The notes beneath the pieces are model-generated. The model did no database searches, had not been told where the DNA came from, and saw only the letters and a list, made by a program, of their open reading frames with translations. DNA of 64,000 nucleotides from Phoronis australis. Lineage: Eukaryota; Animalia; Phoronida. A program made the translations under genes and the position numbers. The DNA lies in contig NMRA01000161.1 of the NCBI GenBank assembly GCA_002633005.1, positions 538,959 through 602,958 of the forward strand. The letters are read 5' to 3'. This document shows positions 60,921 through 64,000 of the stretch, piece after piece (the first letter of the stretch is position 1; every line of letters starts with the position of its first letter).

Positions 60921-63900
60921 CTGTGAAAACATGCAACTCTCATTGATAAGTACCAAACAAAATTGCAGGAAAGGTCACAGCATGCTGACAATATAAAACT
61001 GGGTGGATTTCCACGGCAAAATACGACAATTGACTGTTATAATTACGATAAAAAATAACAAATTTAGCACACACTGGCAGAAAAGTGAAACTTTCTTTCA
61101 CCTCTTTTTGATAGAACGTTCGTATTTAAACCAAATGCTTTCTAACTCTCAGGAAACCAAAAGAGAGGCTTTTGTAGTATAAGCACATGTTACAAACCAA
61201 CCTTGCCTGACTGTATTGAAATATTGCTCTACCTAAGTTCTGTTGAGTGTATCTATCTTTACTTTATAAACAACATTCAAAAGTTTGTTTTTGAAGCATA
61301 AAAATATGCTCATGAATAACGAAATTAAAAAAACTAGTGCTATTTGTGCTCCAGCAAACCAGAAACACATGGCTCTCAGCCAACCACCAATCTGTCACCA
61401 GCATAACTGATATGACTTCATAAGTGGAATCATAAGAGGATAACCTTAAAGGTAACCTGTCTGATAATGACTCATGTGTCAGGTATAGTTTCAGTTTCAA
61501 TATTTCCTAATGCAGTAACAAGCCAACTTGCTGATCCAGGTCACAAGCAATAACAAACTGTCAGTTCTTTTGGAGCCTTGAAATCGCCTCCTGACTAAAG
61601 AACAATTTCTGACAAATTTCACAACAGTAAGTGGTCTAGTGTGATGCAAGACAGTTCATGCAGTTCATAACTTCTTTAAGGATATGTCAGAACTATTCAA
61701 CAAGTTTGTGTATTTGACAAAATCTAAAACATTAAAAAATTCATTGTAATGAAAGAGCACATTTTCTGGAAGAAGAAAACCTGTCAAAATTCATTTTTGA
61801 TCATACATCAATCTGCCATGAATAGGGTCATGTGACCATGTCTTTTTAGTAGAATTTAGAAAAAATAAATGAAGCAATAAAATGAACAATTTTACTTAAA
61901 ATAAGTGTTCCAGATGAAATGTCAGAAATACAGTTGCGGTTTTCAAAATAAGCATTTCGTCTACACTGTATGCAATTTTTGATATTTTTTTCAAATAAAT
62001 AGTAAATGCCCTATTTTAATAGTCTCTCATGCAAAACTAGAACATTTTAAAAAATATCCTAAAAAGATTTCTGAGAACATTGCATAAAGCACATTTTCCC
62101 ATCCAAATACACAGAGCCATTAATTTTATTAATTTGTTCAAACCAGCAATAGAAGACGCAAGTAAACCTATTAGTTACCAACATGCCTAAGATCATTATT
62201 ATTGATATCAGAAATCACACGGCCACAGGCAAGACACTCAATTTTAAGTTTAGGTCATCAACAATAATCTTAAAAGAAAGTGCTGTGAAGAGCAATACAT
62301 GGTGAAATCAAATAAAAATTTAAAGATGAGTTTGAAAACGAAACCAAGAACATCAAAAAATAAGACCCTGATGCTTAAAACTAACATGTTAGAAAGCCAT
62401 AAGGAGATCTATTTACAAACCAAATTTGAAAAGATTTCGTCAAAGGATTGGGGCGCGAGAGCTCTGCAAACATAATTCGAAAAATGGCCGTCATCATTGC
62501 GCCATCCCGCGCCTGGTTTCAGCCAAAAATAAAAGTCGTGACCAAGTAAACACTGGACATAAATTTCATGTCCACCAGACAAAAAACGTGATCTCTGCAC
62601 TAAGGCGCAGCTATAAATACCTACTCAACAAAAGAACAGTCGGCTGAGTAGTAAATCTCAAATATTGCGAGAACGGTCAGTCATAGCAAGAAACAGGTTC
62701 CAAATTGCTAATAGCGTTTGAAAAGATCTATCAACATATCAAATTTCAGACAGATTCGTCAAGGGATGCCGAAGATATAACACAAAAACACATTTAATTA
62801 GAGACCAGTCATAGGAAAGTAACGAGTAACTCGAGAATGGTTAACAGCTGGAGATAAACAAATGAATTTGACAATAGCTCATTTGATGATCGATTTAAAA
62901 AGAAAAAATCGTAAAAATCCCACCAGAAACAGCGAAGCTATGACTCCACAAACAAAACATAGAAAAATGGCTGCTTCAGCGCCATGTTTCCGATTTAAAC
63001 CAAAACGACAAGCTTTGAGACATTCACGTAACACAAGTAGTGTGTAAATTACACCTTGATCCGAAAAGAATTGCATTCTGTAATATGCAAACACAGACAC
63101 AACACAGACACATACAAAAAAATAATAAAAAAACTTGATGACATAGCAACATACTGTACTTGGAGAAATTTCATTCACTAATAAATAAGGGGAATCAGAA
63201 TACCAACTTACACCACTGGGGACAGTACCACTCCAATGTGAACACATTGTATAAAGAAGAAAAATGAATGCAAAGAATTTTCTCAATTAAACTCAATCTC
63301 GCTAAGGCACACAAAAATGTTTTGTAGAACAGGCAACAATGAACTCTTGTTCTTCAGCGGATGCCTGATTCTCAAAACACTTAGAGGGAAACCTCCAGAG
63401 ATGCACCAATCGCTGCAGGACAAGGAAATACCAGACACATGACTAATGGAGTTTTCTTCGAAAAATAAAAAGACACGGATGAAGCATAAGGGAAAGACAA
63501 GGGATGTGAACAAGCTTTCCATCAGGAAATCACTTAAAAGGATATTAAATGCTAACATATTAACAGATGAGCAATTCCGTGAAAAGGACAACCTCGAGAC
63601 AGAAGCCCAGACTCACTAGTTTCGGGATTTATATTTGACTGTCCTATAACTTTCAATTTTTTACCTAAATGGATCCATTTTTGGGGTCACTTGACCCTAT
63701 TGGACTTTTCAAAAAAGTATTTCCAGAAAAGTTATAGTTTACAATGCCATCTAGTTATTCGTAGTAGAATTCAACTAATTAAAACCAGACAGTTAGACCA
63801 CCTTAATGTAAATAAAACAAAATATGAATTTTATGAACTTATTGTTTTTTTCTGTTGGGGCTCCACCGTGACATTTGTAAAGAAATGCTTAGCTTTTGAA

Positions 63901-64000
63901 AAAGTCAAGATGCAAAAATATTCATACAAATGAATTCCTAAGGTGCTCTAGAGTATAAATAATAAGAGACCCAAGTTGCTGTTGCGTTGAAATCTGAACA

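Noticed and set aside
61232-61370. Hydrophobic minus-strand peptide MCFWFAGAQIALVFLISLFMSIFLCF as the IL-1R-like signal exon
   Set aside because: No phase-1 GT donor found before the stop, so it cannot join exon 60920 in frame
62879-63591. Hydrophobic minus ORFs and a GTAAGT donor near 63210 as first coding exon of the receptor
   Set aside because: No ATG ahead of the hydrophobic stretch and the strong donor is phase 0; at most a UTR exon

Overview
AT-rich (roughly 38% GC), intron-rich animal DNA, most consistent with a marine invertebrate; no taxon can be assigned from sequence alone. I hand-spliced three protein-coding genes, all with innate-immune or mucosal domain content. (1) + strand, 1954-26009, 5'-incomplete: a DMBT1/CUZD1-like membrane protein (linker-linker-CUB-linker-SRCR-CUB-linker-SRCR-linker-ZP-furin site-TM-short tail; 17 phase-compatible exons, ~975 codons). 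A degenerate tandem copy of its terminal exon and 3' UTR follows (28692-29805); it keeps the splice acceptor and a polyA signal but stops immediately after the TM segment. (2) + strand, 35751-36911: an intronless secreted protein with a PAN/apple-like Cys module and tectonin-type beta-propeller repeats. (3) - strand, 60920-47076, 5'-incomplete: an IL-1-receptor-like Ig-Ig-TM-TIR protein with an atypical TIR and a Ser-rich tail. The rest is transposon debris: BEL/Pao, Penelope with a degenerate hammerhead, HERO-like, RTE-X-like, L1/Tx1 and CR1/L2-like LINE fragments, tRNA-derived SINE heads, many MITE/foldback elements with TTAA, 4-bp or 5-bp TSDs, and mini/microsatellites. There is one 365-N gap. 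No CRISPR, rRNA or intact tRNA was seen. All homology calls are by motif recognition, without database searches.
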